Positions 36,583 through 46,494 of a stretch of DNA of 64,000 nt are shown in pieces (the first letter of the stretch is position 1; each line of letters opens with the position of its first letter). A model generated the notes under the pieces. That model searched no databases. It was not told where the DNA came from and saw only the letters and a program-made list of their open reading frames with translations. Source of the stretch: Limnochordia bacterium (lineage in GTDB: Bacteria > Bacillota > Limnochordia > DTU080); assembly GCA_050951545.1 (NCBI GenBank), contig JBMNJG010000003.1, forward strand, positions 128,001 to 192,000, in the 5' to 3' direction. A program made the position numbers and the translations under genes.

Positions 36583-38709
36583 CTAGAGCCATTCACGGAT
36601 GGCAAAGACCACCTCTTCCACAGATCCCTGGTGCGATGCGCACTCGGGAAGAGAGGCCAAGAAACCCCTGCCGTAACTGCGTGCGAGAATGCGTTGATCG
36701 CAAATGACCACGACGCCCCGGTCATGGCGAGTGCGGATAAGCCTACCAAAACCTTGTTTGAACTTGAGGACAGCGTCGGGCAAGGAATAGCTATAGAAAG
36801 GATCCTGCCCTCTGCGACGCAAAAGCTCCAGGCGTGCCTCTACTACAGGATCATCGGGCACGCGAAACGGCAATCTCGTCAGTACCAGGCAGGACAGAGC
36901 CTCGCCTGGCACATCCACACCTTCCCAAAAACTGTCGGTACCCAGTAAGACACTGGCGCTGTCTCGAAAGGCGTTCAGTATATGAGCGCGGCTTTGCTCA
37001 CCCTGAACAAGCAGAGGCCAACCCTCTTGGTCACTTACTGGTTGAAGCGCCTGCGCCACGTACCGCAACATGCTGTATGATGTGAATAGCACTAGGGCTC
37101 TGCCCCCACTGGCCTTCACGATCTGAGCAACAGCGCAGGCTAAGGTCTCGGGGTATTTGGGGTCGTTGGGATCAGGGATACTTCTGGGGACGCTCACGAG
37201 CACCTGCTCCCTGTAGTTGAAAGGCGAAGGGATGACCAGCTCCGTGCAGTCCACACCCGTCAAGCCCAGCCGGGAGCGCATGTAGGTGAAGCTCTGACCA
37301 ATGGTGAGGGTCGCCGAGGTACATACTATTGCCGAAAGATTTGTTATCCATTCCTCGATCGCTGGAGCCACGTCCAAAGACGTGGCTACCATGCGCACCC
37401 GACCTCGCCTCCCCTGTTGTTCTACCCAGAAAACCTCGTCATCACCCTCAGCAAGAGCCAGCTTCCGGGCCAGTTCGGCAAGCGCAAGCCCTCGCTGCAC
37501 AAGAGCCTCGAGTTCCATTCGCACTCCCGGCTCATCCGCCACGACAGGACCGACATCACTGCTTAGCTTCCCGAGATTGGTAGACAATCCCTTGAGTGAT
37601 TCCTCCAGGGCCAAAAGGCTGCTACCGACCTGTGTATGCCATTCGGCTTTGTCGCGGATTCGGCGTGTCGCCTGATTGCCCAGCCAGAGTCGTGCAGCTT
37701 CAAAGCAACCCTGAACCGTAGCCGCAGCCTTGCCCATCATCGGTTGGATCGTGTGCTCGATCCGAGAAAGGATCCGCTCAGCACGAGCAGGCTGCCGATC
37801 CTCAAGCAACCATTGACTCGCATACCCGACAATCTGAGAGAGGACGCCGCGCGATGACCTTTGCCCACGGCGGTACAGTCGGCCCAAGAACCGGGATAGA
37901 GCATACTCGCTCAAAGAGGCGCTAAGGAAATCCGTAGCTACCTCTTCCATGTGATGAGCTTCGTCCACAATGGCATGGCTGTAGGAAGGCAGAACTGAAC
38001 GCTCAGTGTCCCACCCGACGACACGGCGCACCGCCACATCCGCAAACAGAAGGTGGTGATTCACCACCAGCAAGTGAGCCTCTTCAAGCTCAGCACGAGC
38101 ACGAAACAGGAAGCAGCGCGAGAAAAAGGGGCAGTCGTTTCTGAGACAACCGTCACTCTCCGCGCAGACTTCAGTCCATAGCGCCGACTTCCGCCCCAGT
38201 TCGCTTAGACTGCCTTCCACGGTCTTACTTGCCCACTCGCAGATCTGCGCCAAGCCATCCTCAGCACCTGGCTCAAGTGCCTCTTCCTGGACCGCCGCCT
38301 GCAGGCGCATGAGGCACAGGTAGTTGCTCCAACCCTTGACAAGTCGGGCGCGCAGGTGCGGAAGGAGCGTCTGCTGTACCATAGGGATGTCCTTTTGCAG
38401 CAGTTGCTCCTGCAAGTTGATCGTGTTAGTGGATATCACGACACGCTGGGAGTGGTGAATCGCAAACAGCGCCGCCGGCACCAGATAGGCCAGTGACTTG
38501 CCTGTGCCAGTACCAGCCTCGATAAGAGCCACGTGACCTTGCTCAAGAGCCTCAGCTACGCCAGCCGCCATCTGCTGCTGACCCGGCCTCAGCTCAAATC
38601 TATCGAAGGCGGAAACGAACGGACCGTTCGGTCCCAGGATCTCTGCCGCCCGCCTCGTCTCCAGCACTGCCAAGCGCTCCGCCTCCTGACAGCCCCTGGT
38701 CTTCGGCAA
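36583..38709 (-). CDS. dinG: DinG/YoaA-family Fe-S DNA helicase
   Basis: EAGTGTGKS, Cys cluster, DEAHH, FWEGVD, QGFGRLIR. Confidence 0.92.
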   Translation of the reverse strand: MPKTRGCQEAERLAVLETRRAAEILGPNGPFVSAFDRFELRPGQQQMAAGVAEALEQGHVALIEAGTGTGKSLAYLVPAALFAIHHSQRVVISTNTINLQEQLLQKDIPMVQQTLLPHLRARLVKGWSNYLCLMRLQAAVQEEALEPGAEDGLAQICEWASKTVEGSLSELGRKSALWTEVCAESDGCLRNDCPFFSRCFLFRARAELEEAHLLVVNHHLLFADVAVRRVVGWDTERSVLPSYSHAIVDEAHHMEEVATDFLSASLSEYALSRFLGRLYRRGQRSSRGVLSQIVGYASQWLLEDRQPARAERILSRIEHTIQPMMGKAAATVQGCFEAARLWLGNQATRRIRDKAEWHTQVGSSLLALEESLKGLSTNLGKLSSDVGPVVADEPGVRMELEALVQRGLALAELARKLALAEGDDEVFWVEQQGRRGRVRMVATSLDVAPAIEEWITNLSAIVCTSATLTIGQSFTYMRSRLGLTGVDCTELVIPSPFNYREQVLVSVPRSIPDPNDPKYPETLACAVAQIVKASGGRALVLFTSYSMLRYVAQALQPVSDQEGWPLLVQGEQSRAHILNAFRDSASVLLGTDSFWEGVDVPGEALSCLVLTRLPFRVPDDPVVEARLELLRRRGQDPFYSYSLPDAVLKFKQGFGRLIRTRHDRGVVVICDQRILARSYGRGFLASLPECASHQGSVEEVVFAIREWL

Positions 38710-38728
38710 CAGCTTGGCATAACCCTTT

Positions 38729-39568
38729 CTATCGTCCCAATGAGTCTAACCAGGTCAGTACAGAGACGCGTTCTATCAATCGATTGATGGAGAAAACCTC
38801 TGCATACGTGTGCAAGGCTACCAGCAGTACCAGGGCCCAGATCTGGCCATGCAGGCTCATTTGAGTCGTCACGAAAAGCCCTAACATACTACCGAGCACA
38901 TTGGAGCCTGTATCGCCCATCATGGCTTGCCCTGCAAAGTCCCTAGGCGCTATAGTCAGGGCAGCCACTGCTACCAGAAGCGTGAGCACCCCGGTGCTTC
39001 CCGTCGTCAGTATGAGTACCACGTAGGCGAGAAAAAAGACCTTCAGAGCTCGTCCGGGCCGCAGATCAAACAGGTTCACAGCGTTGGCGCTGAGCGCAAT
39101 CACCGCAGTAGGGATCACCCTGGCCAGAAGACGCGGCTCCGGCAGCATGGAAACCGCTAGCAGTGCAATGCATACTCCGTATAGCGCCTTTACTCCCCCT
39201 GTTGTGAGTTCACCACGCCACAGGAACCGCAGATGACCTACCAAGCCTCGCGTGGCACTCCCCCCGGCGCTATCATCCAGCAACCCCAGAAGAGCCATTC
39301 CATTGAGCAACACAAGCTCCGCAGACAGCAGTGGGACCAGCGGCTCCGACGGGGCCGCTACGAACAGAAGCAGTGCAGACGGTGTCACGGCCAGGGGCAA
39401 AAGCAGACCAGCCCCTGTGGGAATCACCTGCATGCGGTAGTTTTCCCGTACCAGCCCTCCTTGTTCAAGAAGATGGAGAACAGGATGGGTCAACCATGCG
39501 CCAAGCGCAAAGGTGAGGACTGCGGATCCAGCTAGCGCCGTATTTAGCACTCGGGTGCCCTCCGCCAT
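38729..39568 (-). CDS. MraY/WecA-like (Glycos_transf_4) membrane phosphoglycosyl transferase
   Basis: Multiple TMs; GLLDD, NAVNLFDLRPGRA, MMGDTGSN. Confidence 0.82.
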   Translation of the reverse strand: MAEGTRVLNTALAGSAVLTFALGAWLTHPVLHLLEQGGLVRENYRMQVIPTGAGLLLPLAVTPSALLLFVAAPSEPLVPLLSAELVLLNGMALLGLLDDSAGGSATRGLVGHLRFLWRGELTTGGVKALYGVCIALLAVSMLPEPRLLARVIPTAVIALSANAVNLFDLRPGRALKVFFLAYVVLILTTGSTGVLTLLVAVAALTIAPRDFAGQAMMGDTGSNVLGSMLGLFVTTQMSLHGQIWALVLLVALHTYAEVFSINRLIERVSVLTWLDSLGR

Positions 39569-40221
39569 ACCAACCTGGGGATGAGTTCCTTGGCCACCGC
39601 CACAAACTGCTTACCTCTGTGCACAAAGCCGCGCCACGTTCTCGATGTCTCTCTGTGGGTCATGGCCACCGGAATCTCTTTGATGCGATACCCCCGTCTG
39701 GCTACATCAATAGTCAAGGCAACTTCGATTCCCCAACCCTGAGCGAAGCGGATGCTGGCAAACACATCTCTCCGAGCTGCCCGCTGACCCGATAGAGGGC
39801 TCTCCATCGTCAAGCCAGTGGAATACCGAATTCCCCACCGTGCCAGTCCCCGTACTAAGCCAAAACCAGCTGGCCTCTGACGCGGGAAACGCGCGATGGT
39901 CATGTCAGCTTCGCCTGTCAGTACTGGGGGAAGCAAGGCGGCGGCCTCCACCGCCGATACCCCGAGGTCCCCATCCAGCAACATGACCACATCTGTGGGG
40001 CAAGCGAGTACCCCTGCTTGCAGCGCTCTCCCCTTTCCACTGTTGCTCTGTAAGGCCAAGACTTGTGCTCCGGCTGCGCGGGCCTCAGACGCTGTCACGT
40101 CGGTTGATCCGTCATCGACTACCCACACCACATCCACAGCAGGAATTGAACGGACCGCCTGCACTGTCGGACCGATACGTCCGGCTTCATTCCACGCGGG
40201 AATCACAACGCCGACGCGCAT
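39544..40221 (-). CDS. GT2 glycosyltransferase
   Basis: VIPAWNE, VDDGSTD, GKG, LLDGD, PLSGQRA. Confidence 0.92.
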   Translation of the reverse strand: MRVGVVIPAWNEAGRIGPTVQAVRSIPAVDVVWVVDDGSTDVTASEARAAGAQVLALQSNSGKGRALQAGVLACPTDVVMLLDGDLGVSAVEAAALLPPVLTGEADMTIARFPRQRPAGFGLVRGLARWGIRYSTGLTMESPLSGQRAARRDVFASIRFAQGWGIEVALTIDVARRGYRIKEIPVAMTHRETSRTWRGFVHRGKQFVAVAKELIPRLVWRRAPEC

Positions 40222-40234
40222 ACCCTACCCCCGC

Positions 40235-40912
40235 TCACGGCCTATCCCTCGCCAGGTGCTCTACCAATGCCCACTGCTCGATAGGCGTTTCGAGATCTCC
40301 AACGACGACCACGCTTGCTGGTTGCACGTCAGTCTGCAGTAGAGCGGCGAGTTGCCGAGCACGTTGGGCGCTGGCACTATCCACTACTACCACGCTGTCC
40401 ACCTTGGCGACGGGCATCTGTTGCCACATGAGCTGGTCTCCAGGCGTGCTAACTACATCGTGAAAAAAAGCCGCGGCCAAGGCGTGGACCAGTTGCGTCT
40501 GGACCTTGCCAGATGCTGTGAGAGCATCCCCATTGACCAATACGCTTCCATTCACCTGCGCTCCAGAGAGACGCATCAGCTCCTGTAGGGAACTTGTGTC
40601 GGTGCTCTCGCCTACAATCACCAGACCCACCTTTCGCTCTATGAGTTGTCCGGCAACAAGCTGCGGCAAGACCTGGTGCGCAAACTCCTGATAGCTCGTC
40701 AAGGCCGCCTCTGTTTGAGAGAGATCGGCCTGCATGGCCTGACGCTCACGCCGCAGTTGGCTTAGCTGCGCCTCTATGGCATCAATAACCACCGACTGCT
40801 CTTTGGCCACCCGACCATCACTACTAATTGACGTTCCAATAAGAATCCCTAACCCTAACGCAAGGAACACGCTAACCAATGAGAAAAGATGATGCCTCAT
40901 ATCGATAATCAC
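40235..40912 (-). CDS. steB: SteB/MctB-family (DUF3186) membrane protein
   Basis: MIIDMRHHLFSLVSVFLALGLGILIG followed by coiled coil; lies after steA. Confidence 0.82.
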   Translation of the reverse strand: MIIDMRHHLFSLVSVFLALGLGILIGTSISSDGRVAKEQSVVIDAIEAQLSQLRRERQAMQADLSQTEAALTSYQEFAHQVLPQLVAGQLIERKVGLVIVGESTDTSSLQELMRLSGAQVNGSVLVNGDALTASGKVQTQLVHALAAAFFHDVVSTPGDQLMWQQMPVAKVDSVVVVDSASAQRARQLAALLQTDVQPASVVVVGDLETPIEQWALVEHLARDRP

Positions 40913-40928
40913 GAGCTCACCCCTCAGA

Positions 40929-42053
40929 TCAATAGCCCAACGCCAAGCGTACCCCTAGGGCAAATAGCCTTAACCACTGGCGCAGGGTGTCTGACAACAG
41001 ACCCACCAACACAATAGGGATTAGAGCCGCTACAGCAATCTGCAAGAGGTGTCGAGCCCCAGGCTGGCCCGTGTATAACTGACTGACGCCTTTGGCGTCG
41101 ACAAGAACCGATCCTATTTTCAGACGAACCAAGAAGGTACTGGCCATACCTGGCCGTCCTTTCTCCAGGAAGTCGACCACACTGGAATGCGTACCCACGG
41201 CGACGATCAGCTGAGCCCCTAGCTGATACGCGATCAGCAAAGCTAGGTCCTCACTAGTGCCCGGAGCAGGTATAGCATGGGCTTGGAGACCCAGCTGATG
41301 CACACGGTCAAGTCCTGGAGCGCGACCATCAAGATAGGCTTGCACAACCAGCTCCGCACCACAAGCCAAGGTTGAGTCGCTGACGCTGTCCATGTCTCCG
41401 ACGATCATGTCCGGCATATGGCCACACTCGACCAGAGCATCGGCACCGCCATCGACCCCGATGAGCACCGGACGCATTTCCCTGATGTATGAGCTGATGG
41501 TCCTCAGATCCTGACGGTAATGGAGACCACGCACCACAACTAAGGCATGTCTTCCGCGAATGTTGACACGCAACGGAGGCAAGGGTAGCTCACCAACAAA
41601 AAAGGACTTCTCCTTCTTTGCGTAAACCAGAGTGTTATCGATGAATTCTTCCACCGTGCCGGAAAGGTTCTGCTGCGCTCGCCTTAGAGCGGTCTCCACG
41701 GTGGCTATGTCGAGAGGAGTCACCCTAGCTATCGGCCCGGAACTCGTATAGACCAGATCATCCTTAACCATCAGCGGTTCGCCATCGGCAACGGACATGA
41801 CACTCGGCCCAGCATTGTCAAAAAGGGGGATTCCACGCTCAAGCAGAAGGGCTGGGCCCTTGTTGGGGTAGCGCCCGCTAATCGACGAAGCCGCGTTAAT
41901 GACGGCTCGCACACGGGCAGATGCCAGACTATCGGCACCTACCTCATCCAGATCACGATGATCGATAACGGCAATATCCCCAACCTGCAAACGCTTAACT
42001 AGCTCTTTGGTACGCGTTCCCACACGTGCCACGCCGCATATTTCCACATACAC
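40929..42053 (-). CDS. steA: SteA-family protein (thiamine pyrophosphokinase-like fold)
   Basis: RTKELVKRL, SISGRYPNKGP, IGVDGGADAL, GDMDSVSD, MASTFLVRLK, C-terminal TM. Confidence 0.9.
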   Translation of the reverse strand: MYVEICGVARVGTRTKELVKRLQVGDIAVIDHRDLDEVGADSLASARVRAVINAASSISGRYPNKGPALLLERGIPLFDNAGPSVMSVADGEPLMVKDDLVYTSSGPIARVTPLDIATVETALRRAQQNLSGTVEEFIDNTLVYAKKEKSFFVGELPLPPLRVNIRGRHALVVVRGLHYRQDLRTISSYIREMRPVLIGVDGGADALVECGHMPDMIVGDMDSVSDSTLACGAELVVQAYLDGRAPGLDRVHQLGLQAHAIPAPGTSEDLALLIAYQLGAQLIVAVGTHSSVVDFLEKGRPGMASTFLVRLKIGSVLVDAKGVSQLYTGQPGARHLLQIAVAALIPIVLVGLLSDTLRQWLRLFALGVRLALGY

Positions 42054-42081
42054 GAACCTCCCCTAGTCGCCGTCTCGTTTC

Positions 42082-42110
42082 TAGTATCCACGGCGGCTAG
42101 GAAGCTATGC
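42082..42110 (-). promoter_or_regulatory. Forespore (SigF/SigG-type) promoter for steA
   Basis: GCATA-17 bp-GATACTA. Confidence 0.6.
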
Positions 42111-42877
42111 TAGCCAAGGCGCATCTGCATACGCACATGATCTGCCAATCGAGCAATGAATGAGGAGTTTGTGGGTTTGCCCCGATTCAGGTCCACTGAA
42201 TGCCCAAACAAGGCTTGAATCGCTGTGAGGTCTCCTCTGATCCAGGTTGATTCAACAGCGTGACGCATAGATCGTTCAACCTTCGACCAAGAGGAACTGC
42301 ACTGTACAGCAACTGTCGGATACAGCATCTTCGTCACTTGGCCAAGCAGCGAAGGGTCTTCTACCACCATGGTGATCGCCTGCTGCAAGTAAGCGAAACC
42401 CGAAAAGCGCGGTGGTACCCCCAACGTCTGGAGAAGCTGTGTTACTTGTAGCTCAACCTGTCGCCGCCGTTGTTGTGCCCGCATCTGCCGCCATACCGCC
42501 ATAGGCTGCGCGAGCTGAGTCAGCCGCAGCATCACCGTCGGCATGTCAAAAGGCTTCATGATGTAGTATCGGGCACCACCGGTCAACGCTTGAGCGATGT
42601 GCGCCTCCCCAGCGCAGGCACTCAGTATAATACTCTTGGGTCTTTGGTCCCAGCGGCGCAATGCCTGCAACACTTCAAAGGCATCTACAGGGTCGCTCTC
42701 GACAAGATCCATGACCAGAAGCTGCGCTTGATGCTTTTCCACAGCTTGCAGCACTTGGTAACCATCATGAACGGTAGATGCAAGGCGAAAATTAGAATGT
42801 CGAGCGATTTCTTCAGCGAACTCTGCGCAGAACTCGCGGTCTTGATCAGCCAAAATGACATCGCATGGGAGCGACAC
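42110..42877 (-). CDS. spo0A: Sporulation master regulator Spo0A (diverged)
   Basis: Receiver domain (MD, KPFD) plus Spo0A C-domain (TKMLYP, VERSMRHAVE, KPTNSSFIA); directly after spoIVB. Confidence 0.85.
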   Translation of the reverse strand: MSLPCDVILADQDREFCAEFAEEIARHSNFRLASTVHDGYQVLQAVEKHQAQLLVMDLVESDPVDAFEVLQALRRWDQRPKSIILSACAGEAHIAQALTGGARYYIMKPFDMPTVMLRLTQLAQPMAVWRQMRAQQRRRQVELQVTQLLQTLGVPPRFSGFAYLQQAITMVVEDPSLLGQVTKMLYPTVAVQCSSSWSKVERSMRHAVESTWIRGDLTAIQALFGHSVDLNRGKPTNSSFIARLADHVRMQMRLG

Positions 42878-42911
42878 ACCGCTTCCCCCTTTTTTTCACA
42901 TTCATGTACGG

Positions 42912-44210
42912 CTAGGAAGCCTGCGGTGTCCACGAGATACTTTCACTGCGACGAGAATGAATGCCTGCTTCGTAGATCATCCACTCTGCCAGGATACCGA
43001 AACCGCGGGTCGGATCGTTGATATAGACGTGAGTGATTGCCCCGACCAGGCGGTTGTTCTGCAAGATCGGACTTCCTGACATGCCTTGCACGATGCCATT
43101 CGTCCGCCGTAGCAGGCGGGGATCAGTTACCCTAATGACTAGGCCCTTGCCATTGGACCGAAACTGGCGACTCACCTCAAGGATCTGAATCTGAAAAAGC
43201 TCCACGTTTTCGCCGTCCAGCACAGTCAGGATCTCAGCGGGACCCGGCGTGACCTCGTGCACCATGGCGACCGCGACGGAAGGCCGTGCTTGGTCAGGGA
43301 AGCGAAACAAGGTGCCGTAGATACCAAACCGCGTGTTGCTGTCTATGGTCCCTAAGGAACTGGCACCGTCCTCGAACAGCCCAAGCTTCTCGCCAGGCCG
43401 ACCTTTCACCCCAGGCTGAATGCCGTGGATATGCGCTGATACTATACGTCCGTCATCGACTGTCACGGGCTGGCGTTCGTCACTAGTGATCATGTGTCCG
43501 AGGGCGCCATAGCGCCGGGTTTGGGTATCCCAGAACGTAAGGGTACCCACGCCTGCAATCGGATCCTTGACAAGCACTCCCAACAGAAACCGATTCACAG
43601 CCCTGTTTCCATCGCTACCCAGCACCGGTTTCACTAGCAGGCGCTGCACCCGCCCGTCCCGCCTGACGACAACAGGTAACGCTGTCCCAAGCCTTCCGTA
43701 GCGCATGGCCTCCTCCTCAATTTGGCTGGGGTGGACGAGTTCCTTCTCACCCACACGCAAGATGAAGTCACCTGCTTTGATACCAGCGTCACGCGCTGGG
43801 TAATGAGTCTTGCCGTCGGATCCCATCACTGCAATGGTTCGCACCACCAACAGCCCCGAAGCTGAGAGCAACACACCTACTGACTGCCCTCCAGGAACCA
43901 CGCGCATCTCTGGCACCACATGGATTGTAGCCGCCCTCACTGGTAGGAAACCAAAGGCCCTCAACTGAAGACTGTGCTCACCCAACGCAGTCCCACACAG
44001 CACCGTTGCACCGTCCGCATGAGATAGGATACGATTGCTGTCGGCGGCCACCTCAGCAACGGTGAACAGGGGACCTGTATGCAAGACGTATTCCTGTCCA
44101 GGCAGCAGCCTGAGCTCACGCGGAAACTGAAACACATCCGGTGCAGCAGAGACCACAAGCATAAGCAGCACCATTACCCCCAGCACACCCGAGGTATTGG
44201 CCCTTGGCAA
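42912..44210 (-). CDS. spoIVB: SpoIVB peptidase (S55, PDZ)
   Basis: PGGQSVGV, GVGTLTF, ALGH, GIVQGMSGSPI, GAITHV. Confidence 0.95.
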   Translation of the reverse strand: MPRANTSGVLGVMVLLMLVVSAAPDVFQFPRELRLLPGQEYVLHTGPLFTVAEVAADSNRILSHADGATVLCGTALGEHSLQLRAFGFLPVRAATIHVVPEMRVVPGGQSVGVLLSASGLLVVRTIAVMGSDGKTHYPARDAGIKAGDFILRVGEKELVHPSQIEEEAMRYGRLGTALPVVVRRDGRVQRLLVKPVLGSDGNRAVNRFLLGVLVKDPIAGVGTLTFWDTQTRRYGALGHMITSDERQPVTVDDGRIVSAHIHGIQPGVKGRPGEKLGLFEDGASSLGTIDSNTRFGIYGTLFRFPDQARPSVAVAMVHEVTPGPAEILTVLDGENVELFQIQILEVSRQFRSNGKGLVIRVTDPRLLRRTNGIVQGMSGSPILQNNRLVGAITHVYINDPTRGFGILAEWMIYEAGIHSRRSESISWTPQAS

Positions 44211-44277
44211 GGTTCCTCCTCCTCCCAGGCATCCGTCTGCCCGTTAGGATACCCGGGGGGGCAAGCTCAGTTTCTCT

Positions 44278-45993
44278 TTAGGGTCTGGCACCTTCCTGTG
44301 CTGAGGCCAGCATCTCCCTGGCATGTTCCAGGGTTGTCGGCGATTGTGTGCCATCGAGCATTCGAGCCAGCTCCGCAACACGCTCCTGAGCGGAAAGGAA
44401 GTGCAACTGCACCTGAGTGGACTGTCCGTGCGAACTCTTGTCAATCTGGATATGTGCGTCAGCTAGAGCGGCGATCTGGGCCAAATGAGTAACGCACAAC
44501 ACTTGGCGCTCGGACGCAATGGCCTGCAGCTTGCGACCTACTGCCTGAGCCGTGCGTCCGCCAATGCCAGCGTCAACCTCGTCAAAGACCAAGGTCGGCA
44601 CGTCATAGACAGAGGCCAAGACCGACTTGAGTGCGAGCATCACCCGAGAGAGCTCGCCACCCGAGGCTACCCTGGCCAGAGAACGTGGTTCCTCACCGGG
44701 ATTGGCGGATATGAGAAAGTCGCATTGATCAAACCCATCCGGGCGAACTGCCAGCCGAAGATCACCGGACTGCACACCGTCTGATTGCTCTTCACAGGTC
44801 AAGCCCACGCGAAACTGGGCTTTCTCCATGCTCAGGTCGCGCAATTCCCTCTCTACCGCCTCCGCAAGCTGCTCTGAAACCGCTAGGCGCTTGTCGTGCA
44901 ACTTCCAGGCTTGATCCAGGAGCGAAATCGCCAACTCCTTGACCACAGTTTCCAGCTCCGCCGCTCGCGTTTCGCCGGCCATCAGGCTCTCTAGCTCCTC
45001 CTCAGCAGAACGAGCAAAAGTCAGGACCTCGTCTATCGTGCGACCATACTTACGCTTGAGCCCGTGGATCAAACTCAGGCGAGATTGGACTTCATCTAAT
45101 CGCCGTGGATCCATCCTGATATCTTCTCGACGATGCCGCACCTCTCTGGCAACATCTGCGAGCAGTGATTCGATGCCCTCCAAGGCCGCTAGCATATCGC
45201 GGCAAGAAGTGTCCATGCGGGACACCTCTGTCAAGTTCACTACGGCTTTGCCTAACAGATCGGCTGCTGCGCTACTCTCATTCTCGTAAAGCGCGGCATA
45301 TGCTTCATCAAGTTCCTTGGCCAGCTCACCTGCATTGGCCAGTACGGAGCGTTCCTGTTCCAGCTCCTCCTCTTCACCTGCGCGCAACTGCGCCGCGGCG
45401 ATCTCCTCGCATTGGTAGCGCAGAAGCTCAAGGCGCTGCAGGCGTTCACGCTCGTTGTCAATCAGATCTGTCAGTTCGCGTCGACGCTCCCGATACAGCG
45501 ACGCCAGTTCGGCCACTTGATCCCGGAGCTTCGCGATCTCGGTTCCACCGAAAGCGTCAAGCATCTCAAGCTGCCGTGAAGCGACGAGCAACCCCTGATG
45601 CTCATGCTGACTGTGGATGTCCACAAGCACCTCACTCAGTTGCTGCAACAACGAGAGGGTTGCTATCTGTCCGTTCACACGATAGCGGCTCCGACCCGAT
45701 CTCATGATCTCACGGCTCAGCACGCAGCAATCTTCGGGAGTGATACCCGCCTGCCGGAGAATAGCATCCGTCTTGACGTGTGGCGCAAACGCCGCCTCTA
45801 TGAGAGCTGATTCGGCACCCGTGCGGATAACATCAGCAGCTACCACGCGGCCGCCAAGCACCGCGGCGAGAGCATCGACCACAATGGACTTCCCAGTACC
45901 TGTCTCGCCAGTCAGGGCAGTCAGTCCACTACCAAAAGCGATATCAAGGCGGTCAATCAAGACGAAATCCCTAATGTGAAGATCTAAGAGCAC
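44278..45993 (-). CDS. recN: DNA repair protein RecN
   Basis: TGETGTGKS, ASGGELSR, FDEVDAG, VTHLAQIA. Confidence 0.97.
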   Translation of the reverse strand: MLLDLHIRDFVLIDRLDIAFGSGLTALTGETGTGKSIVVDALAAVLGGRVVAADVIRTGAESALIEAAFAPHVKTDAILRQAGITPEDCCVLSREIMRSGRSRYRVNGQIATLSLLQQLSEVLVDIHSQHEHQGLLVASRQLEMLDAFGGTEIAKLRDQVAELASLYRERRRELTDLIDNERERLQRLELLRYQCEEIAAAQLRAGEEEELEQERSVLANAGELAKELDEAYAALYENESSAAADLLGKAVVNLTEVSRMDTSCRDMLAALEGIESLLADVAREVRHRREDIRMDPRRLDEVQSRLSLIHGLKRKYGRTIDEVLTFARSAEEELESLMAGETRAAELETVVKELAISLLDQAWKLHDKRLAVSEQLAEAVERELRDLSMEKAQFRVGLTCEEQSDGVQSGDLRLAVRPDGFDQCDFLISANPGEEPRSLARVASGGELSRVMLALKSVLASVYDVPTLVFDEVDAGIGGRTAQAVGRKLQAIASERQVLCVTHLAQIAALADAHIQIDKSSHGQSTQVQLHFLSAQERVAELARMLDGTQSPTTLEHAREMLASAQEGARP

Positions 45994-46011
45994 CGCCCTG
46001 CCCCCTCCAAC

Positions 46012-46494
46012 CTACTCCATGGGCCTCCCCCATAGCCTAAATAACTCAGCCTCCAATGCTAGAACAGCAGCCCGGTGCCGTCCCTCTTCATGCGGCTCGC
46101 GGACCACGATCAGCAGAACATCATCTCCAGCCAGGGTGGCTGCCACATTGTCGAGCTTTACCTCGTCAATACTCGCTGCTACCGCGTTGGCAGAGCCTGG
46201 GCTTGTCTTCACTACGAGCAAAGAACCACTCCGCTCAATGCCCACAACGAATTGGGCGAAGTTCTGTCTCGCCCGACCGAGCGTATCGCTCGCCAGTGTA
46301 GGCGCTGGCTCGGCGTAACGATAGCCAACTTCATCGGGTACTTTCACCAACCCTAGCTCCCGGATGTCTCGGGAGACTGTTGCCTGAGTTACCTCCATGC
46401 CTTCAGCAGCCAGAGCCTGCGCCAACTCCTCCTGAGTTGTCACGACCCGCTCAGCAATGATCCTGCGGATAGCCTCGTGGCGCCGTATCTTCAC
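46012..46494 (-). CDS. argR: Arginine repressor
   Basis: TQEEL, VTQATVSRDIREL, KTSPGSA, TLAGDD. Confidence 0.93.
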   Translation of the reverse strand: MKIRRHEAIRRIIAERVVTTQEELAQALAAEGMEVTQATVSRDIRELGLVKVPDEVGYRYAEPAPTLASDTLGRARQNFAQFVVGIERSGSLLVVKTSPGSANAVAASIDEVKLDNVAATLAGDDVLLIVVREPHEEGRHRAAVLALEAELFRLWGRPME

